The notes: generated from the letters alone by a model not told the origin. Positions 26,408 through 35,926 are shown, counted from the first letter of the stretch. The stretch: DNA of 64,000 nt from Schmidtea polychroa (GCA_044892525.1 CM097886.1:130882001-130946000), one strand, 5' to 3'. A program made the numbers and translations.

Positions 26408-27489
26408 TGTTGAGGTCTGTAAATTAAAATTAAAAATTTAAATAAAATTTAGGATAATAATTCAAATGGAAAGTAAGCGAGGAAAAAAGGCAAATAAAAG
26501 CGGGATCGTGCACAGAATCAATAGTAAAGGAAAGTGTGACGGAAACAGTAATAGAAAATGCAAAAAGCAATTACGAAAGGCGAGAATCTGGAAATCCGAG
26601 AAAAATCAATAAATGGAAAAATCATCGAAATCGAATGGGAAAAACGGGACAGGTATAGATTAGCTAATGGTCAACAAGATGATGGTTAGGGATTTATCAG
26701 AAAAGGGTTAGGAAGGGTCGAAAAACATTCAAACGTATGAAAACAGAAAACGTTAATTAATTAATTAATTGGCTAATGGAAAACCCGAGCTAATGGGAAA
26801 CCCGAGCCAATGGAGAACCCGAGAGACAAAGGAAACCCGAGCCAATGGAGAACCCGAGAGACAAAGGAAACCCGAGCTGGGTAAACAAGAAGAAAGGCAA
26901 ACAAAAGGAAGATTTGGGCCCATTAGCTTGACACAATGATTAATGGGAAAAGAGTAAGGAGAAGATAGCGCGCGTAGGAAGACCGGTAGGGCCATTAATT
27001 ATCTGGATTCGTTGGACCATTATGGATGACAGCCGAAGCAAACACGTAGGAGAAAATGTCAAACGAAAGATTGGTTCGGCAATAACCATTTGTCATCCTG
27101 ATTTTGAAGAGTATATAAGCAAAGGGAAAATCAGAGAAAATCGGCATTTTGCCTCAGGTAGGGTAAGAAGAATCGAGAATAGTCGAGAGGTAAAAACGAA
27201 TATAGAGAAGTAGGGAAAAGAAGAGATAGAATTAAGAATACTAAAAGGTAAAAAGGAATCAAACCAAACAGAAGCCGAGGAAAACGAGAGTCAAGAGAAT
27301 CGAAAGGATCGAAAGGTGAATATCATTTGTTTGCAAAGCATCAACGCCGAGCGGAGAATCGTATAAAACTTTGATTGGTAATTGTAGCGTGATAATAAAT
27401 TGTGAACCTGTTGTTTCAATATACGTTGGGTCGTTCATTGTTTTGATTTAAAGAACACAGGAGTCAGAGAGAACCGACTTGAAATAATC
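26408..27489 (+). repeat. 5' LTR (last 12 bp missing)
   Basis: Colinear with 39948-41029; lacks the terminal CAAAACCCAACA; six ACCCGAG motifs with CCAAT boxes, TATATAA at 27112, AATAAA at 27394. Confidence 0.95.
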
Positions 27490-27770
27490 GTGATTGCAAG
27501 TCGGTGGAAAATTATTGAAAGTTAGTGAAAAAATTAATTGTTGAAAAAAAATAGTACCGACGTGATAGAAAGTCGGAGGAAATTATTGAAAGCTACTGAA
27601 AAAGAAATTATTAAAAATTTAGTACCGACGTGATTGAAAGTCGGCGGAAAGTTACTAAAGTTAGTGAAAAAGTTAATTATTGGAAAAGTACTACAGAAGT
27701 GAGTGAAAGTCGGCTGAGAATCATTAAAAGTAGTGAAAATTTGTGAAAATAGTGCTAACGAGATTATTAA
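27490..27770 (+). repeat. Leader tandem repeat (about 68 bp x4) with CCGAC-N10-GTCGG stem-loops
   Basis: Units begin GTGA(T/G)..(C/A)AAGTCGG; perfect hairpins at 27557-27576 and 27625-27644. Confidence 0.75.
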
Positions 27771-27886
27771 AGAATATTATTGGGAGATTTAAAAGAAGTT
27801 GAAAAGTAATTTTAAATTATTGTTTAACGTTTGAAGTTTAGCTCAAAGTGAACCGATACAACCTCAGAAGTCAGAAACAAGTAGAA

Positions 27887-30157
27887 ATGGCAAATGATAA
27901 TGCTGTTATGCCTCTCAATAGAGAGATGATTGATTTTGCAAGTTGCCAGAAATTACCCGTCAATCAATATGGAGGAGACCCTGTTGAATTTGCAGATTTC
28001 ATGGGAGATTATTATATGTACGCCTCAGCATACGGATGGACACAAGCCATTATGGTTCAGAGATTCCCACTCTATCTGAAGGGTGTGGCAAGAGAAGCCT
28101 GGCAGCAAGTCGACAAACGAAATGTTGGCAATGATTGGACAAAATTGAAGGATGCAATGGCACTGAAACTGGTTGGTGGAGATATCAAAAGAATCATGCG
28201 ACAGAAATTTTATAATCGAGTTCAAGGTCCAGATGAATCGGTCAGTGAGTTTGCTTATCATCTGACCACTTTAGCAGATAAAGCCTTCGAAGTCAAACCA
28301 GATCAAGCGGATATGGCCAAGCAGGTTAAAGAGCTGTTAGAAGATCAGTTTATAACCGGAGTCCACTCCGAAATTAAAAAGGCCCTATGTTATGTGGATT
28401 TTTCCAATTTCGATGAGCTCGTGAAGAAAGCCATGAAGATAGAGCTGAATTTAAAAAGTGCAAAAAGATCAGATGCTTTTGGAGTTAATGTGGAGAGACG
28501 TGAGCGATCAATTACGCCTGTGAGAGCACCATGGGATGAAAAGAAAATAAATCAAATCAGTAGTCCAATTTTGAGACCAAATAATAGATTTCAAGCCAGT
28601 AGATCAGCCATGAACGTACAATCAAATGGACAGGTAAATAATCCTCAATGCGAACATTGCAAAAAGTCTGGACACTACTCAAATCAATGTTGGTTCAAAT
28701 ATGGGAAAAATCCCAGCCCTAACAAGAGATTCACAGAAAACAAAGGGATCAGCAGTGATGTCGAATGCTATCGATGCGGAAAGAAAGGGCATATTAGCAG
28801 AAACTGTTTCACCAGATCAAGATCATCGTCAACGTCACCTTCACCACAAAGGGACAAAGTGAATACAAATGGACAGATACAATGTCATTCGTGCAAGGGA
28901 TACGGCCACATGGCGCGATCATGCCCAAGGAACTCAGAAAGATTCAACAGACCTATTTTAAAGAAATCAATCAGATTCCAAGAAGATATGCCAAACATTA
29001 GTAACATGACATATGCTCAGAGAGAGGAATTTCAAGACAAAATGGAAAAGGAATTTCGAGAAATGCGACAGAAGCTGAACAAACTAGTGGCTAAATTTGA
29101 ATCAGATGAGGAAACTGAATCTCATATGATAATTGGAACCGTGTCAGAAGGTGAAGGAAAACCTGCCATGAAAGTGCGAAAGCTCGCATCAGATGAGAAT
29201 CCGACTGCACTGTTAGCCCGAGTCGAAAAATGGCTTGAGAAAATGGAAGCTGACAACTCCCAGTTGAAACGATGGATCGCAGAACTCAGTGTGATGTCAC
29301 TAACCCAAAGTGAACTAAAGAGAGCCATAAATTTATGTGCAAAGTTATTCAAAGGAAACAGAGACGATGAGATACTTAAACAAATGCAAAAGTTTGGCAA
29401 GGCTTTACGGTCAACAAGGGATTTAGCTGATATCATAGTGGAAACGACGGGACTTGATAATGTGAAGTGCCAATTCCGTGTAAATGCCTACGGACAAATC
29501 AAAGACCTAAAGGAGCGAATACTGCGTCAATACAGTGGATGGCAAGTGCAACTAAAATTTGAGAATCGATGTCTGGAAGACGAAGAGTACTTAGTAGATT
29601 GCGGTCTGATACCAGGCTGGAAAAATAAAGTAAATGTCGTTAATGCTGTTAATACTTTGAATTCAGACAGACAAAATTGGGAAAAGATTCTAGCAGATTT
29701 ACAAGATACCCTGTGTGCAGGGAATAGAGATAAAATTAATGCGAGTATCGACTTCATAAGGAGCATCGAAATGGATCGAGACATGAAAGAAGGGTTGTTT
29801 GAATGTATCGTACCGTATACGAATAAACCGACGAGTTATCAGGCAAAGCTAAAAGAGGTAATCCGAAAACTAGGACATGATTATGAGGCGGCAGACGATA
29901 GTGCGAAGTCTTTGATAATAGCGTTAAATATTGCGGATCAAAGGATTGAATATTATCAGGAACATTGGAGTGTAAAAGCAAAGAAAATACGACAAAAAGC
30001 AGCGGAGATATTAGGTAATGACGGAATTATCGTGTTGACGTTCAAAGGACGAGAATTGGATGATGACGAATATTTATTAAACTACGGATGTAACCAAATT
30101 GTATTAATAATGTGTACGCAACAAAACAAAGTGATGAAATGGAAAGAGATGCGGTAA
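27887..30157 (+). CDS. gag: Gag with three CX2CX4HX4C knuckles, followed by coiled-coil/helical segments and two ubiquitin-like domains
   Basis: YGGDPVEFADF...W..LKDAM capsid-like region; knuckles at 28649, 28766, 28883; Ubl1 about 29429-29641 and Ubl2 about 29909-30123. The frame opens at 27842; first ATG at 27887. Confidence 0.9.
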   Translation: MANDNAVMPLNREMIDFASCQKLPVNQYGGDPVEFADFMGDYYMYASAYGWTQAIMVQRFPLYLKGVAREAWQQVDKRNVGNDWTKLKDAMALKLVGGDIKRIMRQKFYNRVQGPDESVSEFAYHLTTLADKAFEVKPDQADMAKQVKELLEDQFITGVHSEIKKALCYVDFSNFDELVKKAMKIELNLKSAKRSDAFGVNVERRERSITPVRAPWDEKKINQISSPILRPNNRFQASRSAMNVQSNGQVNNPQCEHCKKSGHYSNQCWFKYGKNPSPNKRFTENKGISSDVECYRCGKKGHISRNCFTRSRSSSTSPSPQRDKVNTNGQIQCHSCKGYGHMARSCPRNSERFNRPILKKSIRFQEDMPNISNMTYAQREEFQDKMEKEFREMRQKLNKLVAKFESDEETESHMIIGTVSEGEGKPAMKVRKLASDENPTALLARVEKWLEKMEADNSQLKRWIAELSVMSLTQSELKRAINLCAKLFKGNRDDEILKQMQKFGKALRSTRDLADIIVETTGLDNVKCQFRVNAYGQIKDLKERILRQYSGWQVQLKFENRCLEDEEYLVDCGLIPGWKNKVNVVNAVNTLNSDRQNWEKILADLQDTLCAGNRDKINASIDFIRSIEMDRDMKEGLFECIVPYTNKPTSYQAKLKEVIRKLGHDYEAADDSAKSLIIALNIADQRIEYYQEHWSVKAKKIRQKAAEILGNDGIIVLTFKGRELDDDEYLLNYGCNQIVLIMCTQQNKVMKWKEMR

Positions 30158-33100
30158 TAGTACCGTTTTGGCCTCTATATGAGGAAATGGATAATAATAA
30201 TGTGGAGATTAAAACTGAAGTTGTAGATGACCCAGGAGAAATTGATCAAGAAATTAATGAATTGCAGAGATTAGAAACAATGGAAAATGAGGAAATGGGA
30301 TCGGAAAATGAAGTTGCAAGGGATATCGAGGAAATGAGCACCGATAATAAGGTACTACCGAGCATAGATGAGATGAAGAGCGAAGAGAACTTCGTTGAAA
30401 CGAAAAATGACATTGAGATATGTCGGAAAAAACAGAATGATGCGGAAATTGAATCTTTGAGTTTAGATGAATCAAGCGAAACTGAACGTTTAGATGAATC
30501 AAGCAGGACTGAGCGAATATTAAAAAGTTTAGTTACGGAATTGTACTTGTTAGATGAAACTGAAACAGAAGGAGATGACACTTCGGAGGGGGAGAAAAGA
30601 GTTGTAAAAAGATTGGCAACGGAATTAAAGAGGAGATTACCGTCGATAATTAAAAGAAATTATGAAGAAAAGGAATTTTGTGAGGAAGCAGTAATTGAGG
30701 ACCTAACACGAACTGAGTTAGATCGAGATGTAATATTGACAGTGTTAGCCTATATAATATTGGAGATTGGTATTTATGGTTGTCTGGAAAATGACAATTC
30801 AAAATCATTGATAAAGAAAGCTACTGAAATGGTGAATAAATATTTGACTAAGTGGATCACAAACAATGGCGGATGGGAAAAGTTGATACAAAAGGCTGAG
30901 AGCCCAAAAACAGAGACAGTGAGGAAAAAGGGAAAACTCGCATTTCCATGGTTGATGATTTCTATTATTATGTTATTGGGAATAATAAACACGACGAATT
31001 CATTAGTGGCATACGACTGCTCCCAAACCGAAATGGGAAGAGTATATTCGTTGGTAAACGTAGCAGAGTGTTCGGATGCATATCCAGTAAAATTTAAAGT
31101 GACAAATCCAGTAAAATATTATGTATATCAAGAATCGGAGTTTCGACGAGCAAAGGTGAGAGAGTGTACAGTGAAACGAACTACTTTTGTATTTTATTGT
31201 GGAAAATGGAGCCACTCATCGATGGTGAAAATGCAATCGATACCTAGACCGATAGAAATGATTCCAGAGAATTGTTTGGCAGCCTTTCAAACAGGACAGT
31301 TGAAAATCAATGCAGATATCAAACTACAAGCAAAGCTTAACCATAAAATCCGTGAGACTGTAACCGTGCGAGGGATAATAAAGTCGAATGGTGATTGCCA
31401 AGGCGAGCCATACAAAGTAGACGATGCTATAATTGACAAAGCCGTGGTTGTAGAAGAGTACATGTCAGAATTAAGAGAATTTGATGGATCATTTGATGAT
31501 GATACTGGTAAACTACAAACACATCCATTCTGCACCATGAAACAATCTAGCTGTCAGACAGGAGAATCAATATTGGTGTACGATGTCGATACCAAAAAGT
31601 GCAATTTAGTGCAATTGAAGTCAATGAGTTTTAAAGAAATAACGGGAGAACAGATCAGGGAAAAGCCTGAGAAAATAAGAATGGATCCAGCAACGAGTAC
31701 AACAACAAGAATCACACCTCTACGGATGAAAGATACTCCAACAGTGTTAATGTCAACCTCGGAGGAAGATGGGATGCGATTCCTGAGAAAAGAAACTAAA
31801 ACAAAGTGTGGACAAAATGTCTATGAGACAAATTATAAAGGTATATATGTATCTCAGAAGATGATTACAGAGGCCCAAACAAACATACATGCCGGAGATA
31901 TTAAGTTGACAAATTACTTTAATAACAAAATAGATTATTTATTTCACTTTGGTCAAAATACTGTTGAAAATGTGTACCGAGAAGTTATAATAAATGATTG
32001 CAATCTCAACAAAGAAATACTCCGAAATCGGATGGCAATGGCTATAACCAATCCTAATTTGATAGCACCAATGTTAATTACAGAAAATGGGGTGTTTGCC
32101 AGAATCTTCGGTGAAGCACTATATAGCTATAAATGTAAAGCGGTACCAGTTAAACTGACAAAGTATGACCAATGCACCAACGAGTTACCAGTGAATTTAA
32201 ATGGAAAGTTGCGATTTATGGAGCCTGTAACACGAATCTTACTGGAAGAGGACGTGAAACCGAAAGTGTTACAGTGCAATAGATTGTTGGCACCACTATA
32301 CAGACTAACACCAGAATCTTGGATTGCATTACCAGATCATCGAGAAGTAAAGACACCGGAAAACTTAGAATTGACAGAATTACAATATCTGGTAAATTTT
32401 ACGTCGTTAGAGAAATTATCGCAAAGTGGAATTTACTCGAACGAAGACATTGAGGAAGCTCGCAGAAACTTGTTATTTCCATCAAAGAAAGAAAGAGTAA
32501 TAATGGAAATGGTAGATACAATTCTCCCAAGCGGAAGTGGGAAGGTAAATTACGAGTATTTGTTAACTCCAGATCATTACAAGAAAGCGACGTATAATAC
32601 AATGAAAAAGATCTGGGGAAAGTTTATGTTTATTGGACAAGCGTGTGCCGGATTGATTGGAATTTATGTAATATGTGTTGTAATCAAAGTGATAATATCG
32701 CAGGTCCTGTCAACACACAGGTTATACGCGATCACAGGTTGGTCGTGGAAACTAGTAATTGGGTGCATACCATTATTGGCTAGATTCTTCATTACTCATC
32801 ATCAATATCAGGAGTTGGAGATACTCAAGGCGCGAATATTAAAGAAGAAAAAGGTGAGCTACGCTAGTACTACCCCTTCAAGGGACGAGAATAATGACAA
32901 TGACAACGAGGGTGATAGTGCACCGTTATATGTTGACAATCAAGAACTAAGTGGAATGAATAAAGAAGCGTTGAGAACTTATCAAATCTTAAAAGAGCCA
33001 CTGTTGAATGCGAGTAGCGTAGACACGTTTACAAAATTGTGTATACCAAAATCATTTATGCAACCAGCACCAGTGTATCCAGTTGATCGATTACGAGAGA

Positions 33101-34950
33101 TGAAACCAGTGGAAAATATCGCATTACAATGTGAAGGAATAGTAGGAGAGAGAATCGAGCCTTCTAGCGCAGAGATCGAGAGAAAGAATATGTTAGGCTT
33201 ACCATGCAACTACTCATTGATGACATTAACAAAAAGAGGAAAGCAACCCCGAATATTTATACAAATGAACAAACATAAAGTGGAAGCTTTGGTTGATTCG
33301 GGATCTAGTCACACAATAATATCGGAAAATGTATTAAACGCGAAGGAGAAAATGCGAATAAAGCCTACCGACGAAATAGTGAGGTCATTATCAAAAAATG
33401 AATTAAACATAATTGGACAACTTAACGTCATATTCCATATTGGAGATCGAATAATAGCGCACGATGCGCTCATAATGAAGGGAAGTCCAGTACGATGTCT
33501 GATCGGCATGGATATATTAGAGCAGCTGGATGGAGTCTCACTTGATTTAAAGACAGGTAATTTGATAGCAGGAGAAACAGGAGAAATAATTCACAGGGCA
33601 GGTGAGGTGTTTGGGAATCAGACATTGACAATACCAAAACAATCGGAAATGGTGTATTGTGCAAATACCATGAGTATGGATAGTGGCGATTTTTTAAATG
33701 AGCCAAACCAGGCACTAGTCGAAAAATATGAAATACCGAGATGCGACCAAATAGTCAAAGTGGAAAATCAGATAGAGTCTGTACATGCAATGAAAAGTAG
33801 TAATAAACCAGTCAGCTACATCAATAAGATATTATATGTAGCAATAATGCTGATGTTAGTAACAGTTGCGAGCGGCAAAAAGATCGACTTACCATATGCG
33901 GTAAACAAAATCCGAGGAATGGAGAAAATACATATATATTCCACTCTAAAAAATATAGTATGGAGCTGTAAATGCGAGATCGCAGACCAAATAGAAATTA
34001 TTGATTTACTAGACAATACGGTACCAGTGGTAGAACTAAATTATGATAAAGATATATTTGCGGTACGAAAGTTAAAGCCAAATTTCAAATACCAATGGCT
34101 GTTGAGACAGAACATGTCAAAGTGGTACACGCAAATTCCGATAGAAGTGCACACAAAAGAGATGCGAAACTTGATTGAAATAGAACCAGAGATAAATGGA
34201 ATCAATATATCTTGGAAGCCAGTGGACTTGGTGAAAGTGCGAATCACATTTCAAGGGTTAAATGTCGACACCCTTAACTCGCGAAAATCATTTATCCGCT
34301 ATGAGAAATTGAAAATGAATCAAAATTATTCAGTTAATGCAAACTACTACGAGAACATATGCCTCGAAAATGGAACGGTAGTGAGAAACCAATGGTCACG
34401 ATTTAAGAGCGAGACCCAGTCTATCTATCTCAGAGACGAGTCAAATCGTATAACCCTGAGTGTTGGAAATGGACCGGTAACGATATATAGAAAATCAGGA
34501 AATGATGAAAGAGTTGTTATTATCTACAAACAAAAAACCCTGACTATATTAGATGCCGGTAATCATTTTTTTACACTTTACACTTCTGATTTAGAGACGG
34601 CATGGGAATTAACAGTTAAATATCAGCGATGGATAACCGAACCAGGCAGATGGCAAACAGTTTTCGTGGAAGTCAAGACAATCAATGAAACGAAACGAAA
34701 ATCATATACAACCACATCACCTTTCCAATTACCGACCCAAGAGACGACAAAACCTAACTCAAACAAACTAATGATGATAAATTCGGATTTGACAGTCAAC
34801 TATTGTGAATATCTCATTTACATTCTAATAACAGGTTTTCTTATCTTATCAATAACATTCATAATCATCACCATCTTGATATGTGTAAAAGAGAGACAAC
34901 TAACTATCCTTCAACCACCATCATATTCATATTATGAGACAAGACTATAA
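30112..34950 (+). CDS. Polyprotein: acidic linker, Bcl-2-like domain, TM/signal, class III fusion glycoprotein, TM, retropepsin, FN3-like membrane protein
   Basis: 1612-aa uninterrupted ORF in the -1 frame relative to gag. WITNNGGWE (BH2-like), AYDC/FYCG..SH/NELPV env motifs, LVDSGSSHTII plus LIGMDIL protease, second signal-like segment and C-terminal TM. Confidence 0.9.
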   Translation: MYATKQSDEMERDAVIVPFWPLYEEMDNNNVEIKTEVVDDPGEIDQEINELQRLETMENEEMGSENEVARDIEEMSTDNKVLPSIDEMKSEENFVETKNDIEICRKKQNDAEIESLSLDESSETERLDESSRTERILKSLVTELYLLDETETEGDDTSEGEKRVVKRLATELKRRLPSIIKRNYEEKEFCEEAVIEDLTRTELDRDVILTVLAYIILEIGIYGCLENDNSKSLIKKATEMVNKYLTKWITNNGGWEKLIQKAESPKTETVRKKGKLAFPWLMISIIMLLGIINTTNSLVAYDCSQTEMGRVYSLVNVAECSDAYPVKFKVTNPVKYYVYQESEFRRAKVRECTVKRTTFVFYCGKWSHSSMVKMQSIPRPIEMIPENCLAAFQTGQLKINADIKLQAKLNHKIRETVTVRGIIKSNGDCQGEPYKVDDAIIDKAVVVEEYMSELREFDGSFDDDTGKLQTHPFCTMKQSSCQTGESILVYDVDTKKCNLVQLKSMSFKEITGEQIREKPEKIRMDPATSTTTRITPLRMKDTPTVLMSTSEEDGMRFLRKETKTKCGQNVYETNYKGIYVSQKMITEAQTNIHAGDIKLTNYFNNKIDYLFHFGQNTVENVYREVIINDCNLNKEILRNRMAMAITNPNLIAPMLITENGVFARIFGEALYSYKCKAVPVKLTKYDQCTNELPVNLNGKLRFMEPVTRILLEEDVKPKVLQCNRLLAPLYRLTPESWIALPDHREVKTPENLELTELQYLVNFTSLEKLSQSGIYSNEDIEEARRNLLFPSKKERVIMEMVDTILPSGSGKVNYEYLLTPDHYKKATYNTMKKIWGKFMFIGQACAGLIGIYVICVVIKVIISQVLSTHRLYAITGWSWKLVIGCIPLLARFFITHHQYQELEILKARILKKKKVSYASTTPSRDENNDNDNEGDSAPLYVDNQELSGMNKEALRTYQILKEPLLNASSVDTFTKLCIPKSFMQPAPVYPVDRLREMKPVENIALQCEGIVGERIEPSSAEIERKNMLGLPCNYSLMTLTKRGKQPRIFIQMNKHKVEALVDSGSSHTIISENVLNAKEKMRIKPTDEIVRSLSKNELNIIGQLNVIFHIGDRIIAHDALIMKGSPVRCLIGMDILEQLDGVSLDLKTGNLIAGETGEIIHRAGEVFGNQTLTIPKQSEMVYCANTMSMDSGDFLNEPNQALVEKYEIPRCDQIVKVENQIESVHAMKSSNKPVSYINKILYVAIMLMLVTVASGKKIDLPYAVNKIRGMEKIHIYSTLKNIVWSCKCEIADQIEIIDLLDNTVPVVELNYDKDIFAVRKLKPNFKYQWLLRQNMSKWYTQIPIEVHTKEMRNLIEIEPEINGINISWKPVDLVKVRITFQGLNVDTLNSRKSFIRYEKLKMNQNYSVNANYYENICLENGTVVRNQWSRFKSETQSIYLRDESNRITLSVGNGPVTIYRKSGNDERVVIIYKQKTLTILDAGNHFFTLYTSDLETAWELTVKYQRWITEPGRWQTVFVEVKTINETKRKSYTTTSPFQLPTQETTKPNSNKLMMINSDLTVNYCEYLIYILITGFLILSITFIIITILICVKERQLTILQPPSYSYYETRL
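30937..32800 (+). CDS. env: Env-like glycoprotein domain, chuvirus/Monjiviricetes-type class III fusogen
   Basis: Signal FPWLMISIIMLLGII, then LVAYDCS, C..K.TTFVFYCGKWSH, GDCQG, CGQNVYETNYKGIY, YFNNKIDYL, GEALYSYKC, CTNELPV, FMEPVTRIL, SGIYS, and TM FMFIGQACAGLIGIYVICVVI. Family assigned from recalled motif pattern. Confidence 0.75.
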
Positions 34951-35131
34951 ATTGTGATCTGCATGCTATAAATAGTGTATAAAAATATATTATATTTATA
35001 TCAACAATGTGCATGTTTTATAAGTACCATAGGATGAACTGTGTAATTTGTTTGAGATTCGAAGCGAGGTGTTGATGCTTTGCGAATAAAGAGTGATACA
35101 AAAAAAAATAACTATCATTTAATTTCAGAGA

Positions 35132-35377
35132 ATGCAAGAAACCTCGGAGATGACATGCAAAGAGTGTAAAACAAGTACGCAAGAACTAAAGCAAAGGTTT
35201 CGTAGCATGCAGGGCAGAATAACAGATTTGGAGGAAGAAAACTTCCGTCTAAAAAGGCGGTTGGACCGTTTGGAAATCTTATTGTTTCAACACGAAGCCG
35301 ATTTCGCGATGTTTCGAATGAGAGTAGAAGAAATAGAGGAATCGGAAGATGATGGTGAGATAAATCAATTAGACTAA
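35132..35377 (+). CDS. Small coiled-coil/acidic accessory ORF (81 aa)
   Basis: ATG ORF just after a TTTAATTTCAG acceptor-like site; heptad pattern LKQRFRSMQGRITDLEEENFRLKRRLDRLEILL; GC-richer than flanks. Confidence 0.55.
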   Translation: MQETSEMTCKECKTSTQELKQRFRSMQGRITDLEEENFRLKRRLDRLEILLFQHEADFAMFRMRVEEIEESEDDGEINQLD

Positions 35378-35926
35378 AAAAATAAATTATTTAAACGGAC
35401 CCTGTTGGTGTTTTTTCGTCCTCGAGAGAAAAAAATAATAGTAAATAAATATAAGTAAATTAACAATCAAAGGAATAAACAAATTGATATAAAGAAATAA
35501 TTGGCAGTGATAAATAATAGTTAAATAAAAATAAGTAGATTACCAAGTAAATAATCAAATGAATAAACAAATTGATATAAATAAATAATTAAAAAAGTGA
35601 TAAATTAAATAAATGAATAATAGATAAAAATGAACAAAGTTAAACGAGCAAATAGAATAACTCAAATAAATGTTGCAAATAATGAAATGACTACCTTAAA
35701 TGAGCATTAGAAATAAATAATATTAAATGACTGATTAGTAATTAATGAATTAGCATAACTATATAGCAATGGGTAACCCACTGGGGCGAGAGAACAAAAT
35801 TATAAATAAGTAAGGAATAATTTCACATTAGTAGTAACAAAGACTAATCACGAAGAGGGACACAATTACCCCACCCTTTCTAGCATAAATTGAAAACAAA
35901 GGTATGCGGAACATTTATTCAAAGTT

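Noticed and set aside
27022-27213. 63-aa ORF in both LTRs, with all three LTR differences synonymous in its frame
   Set aside because: Only three sites; the ORF spans the TATA box, and the frame does not appear intact in the solo LTR. Treated as coincidence. The 76-aa minus-strand LTR ORFs (26765, 40305) arise from the ACCCGAG repeats.
28967-28981. KSIRF in Gag as a PP1-docking RVxF motif
   Set aside because: Five-residue degenerate motif, expected by chance; needs conservation data.
28025-34247. Many 66-111-aa minus-strand ORFs opposite gag and ORF2
   Set aside because: Shadow ORFs of a long coding strand; no motifs or expression signals.
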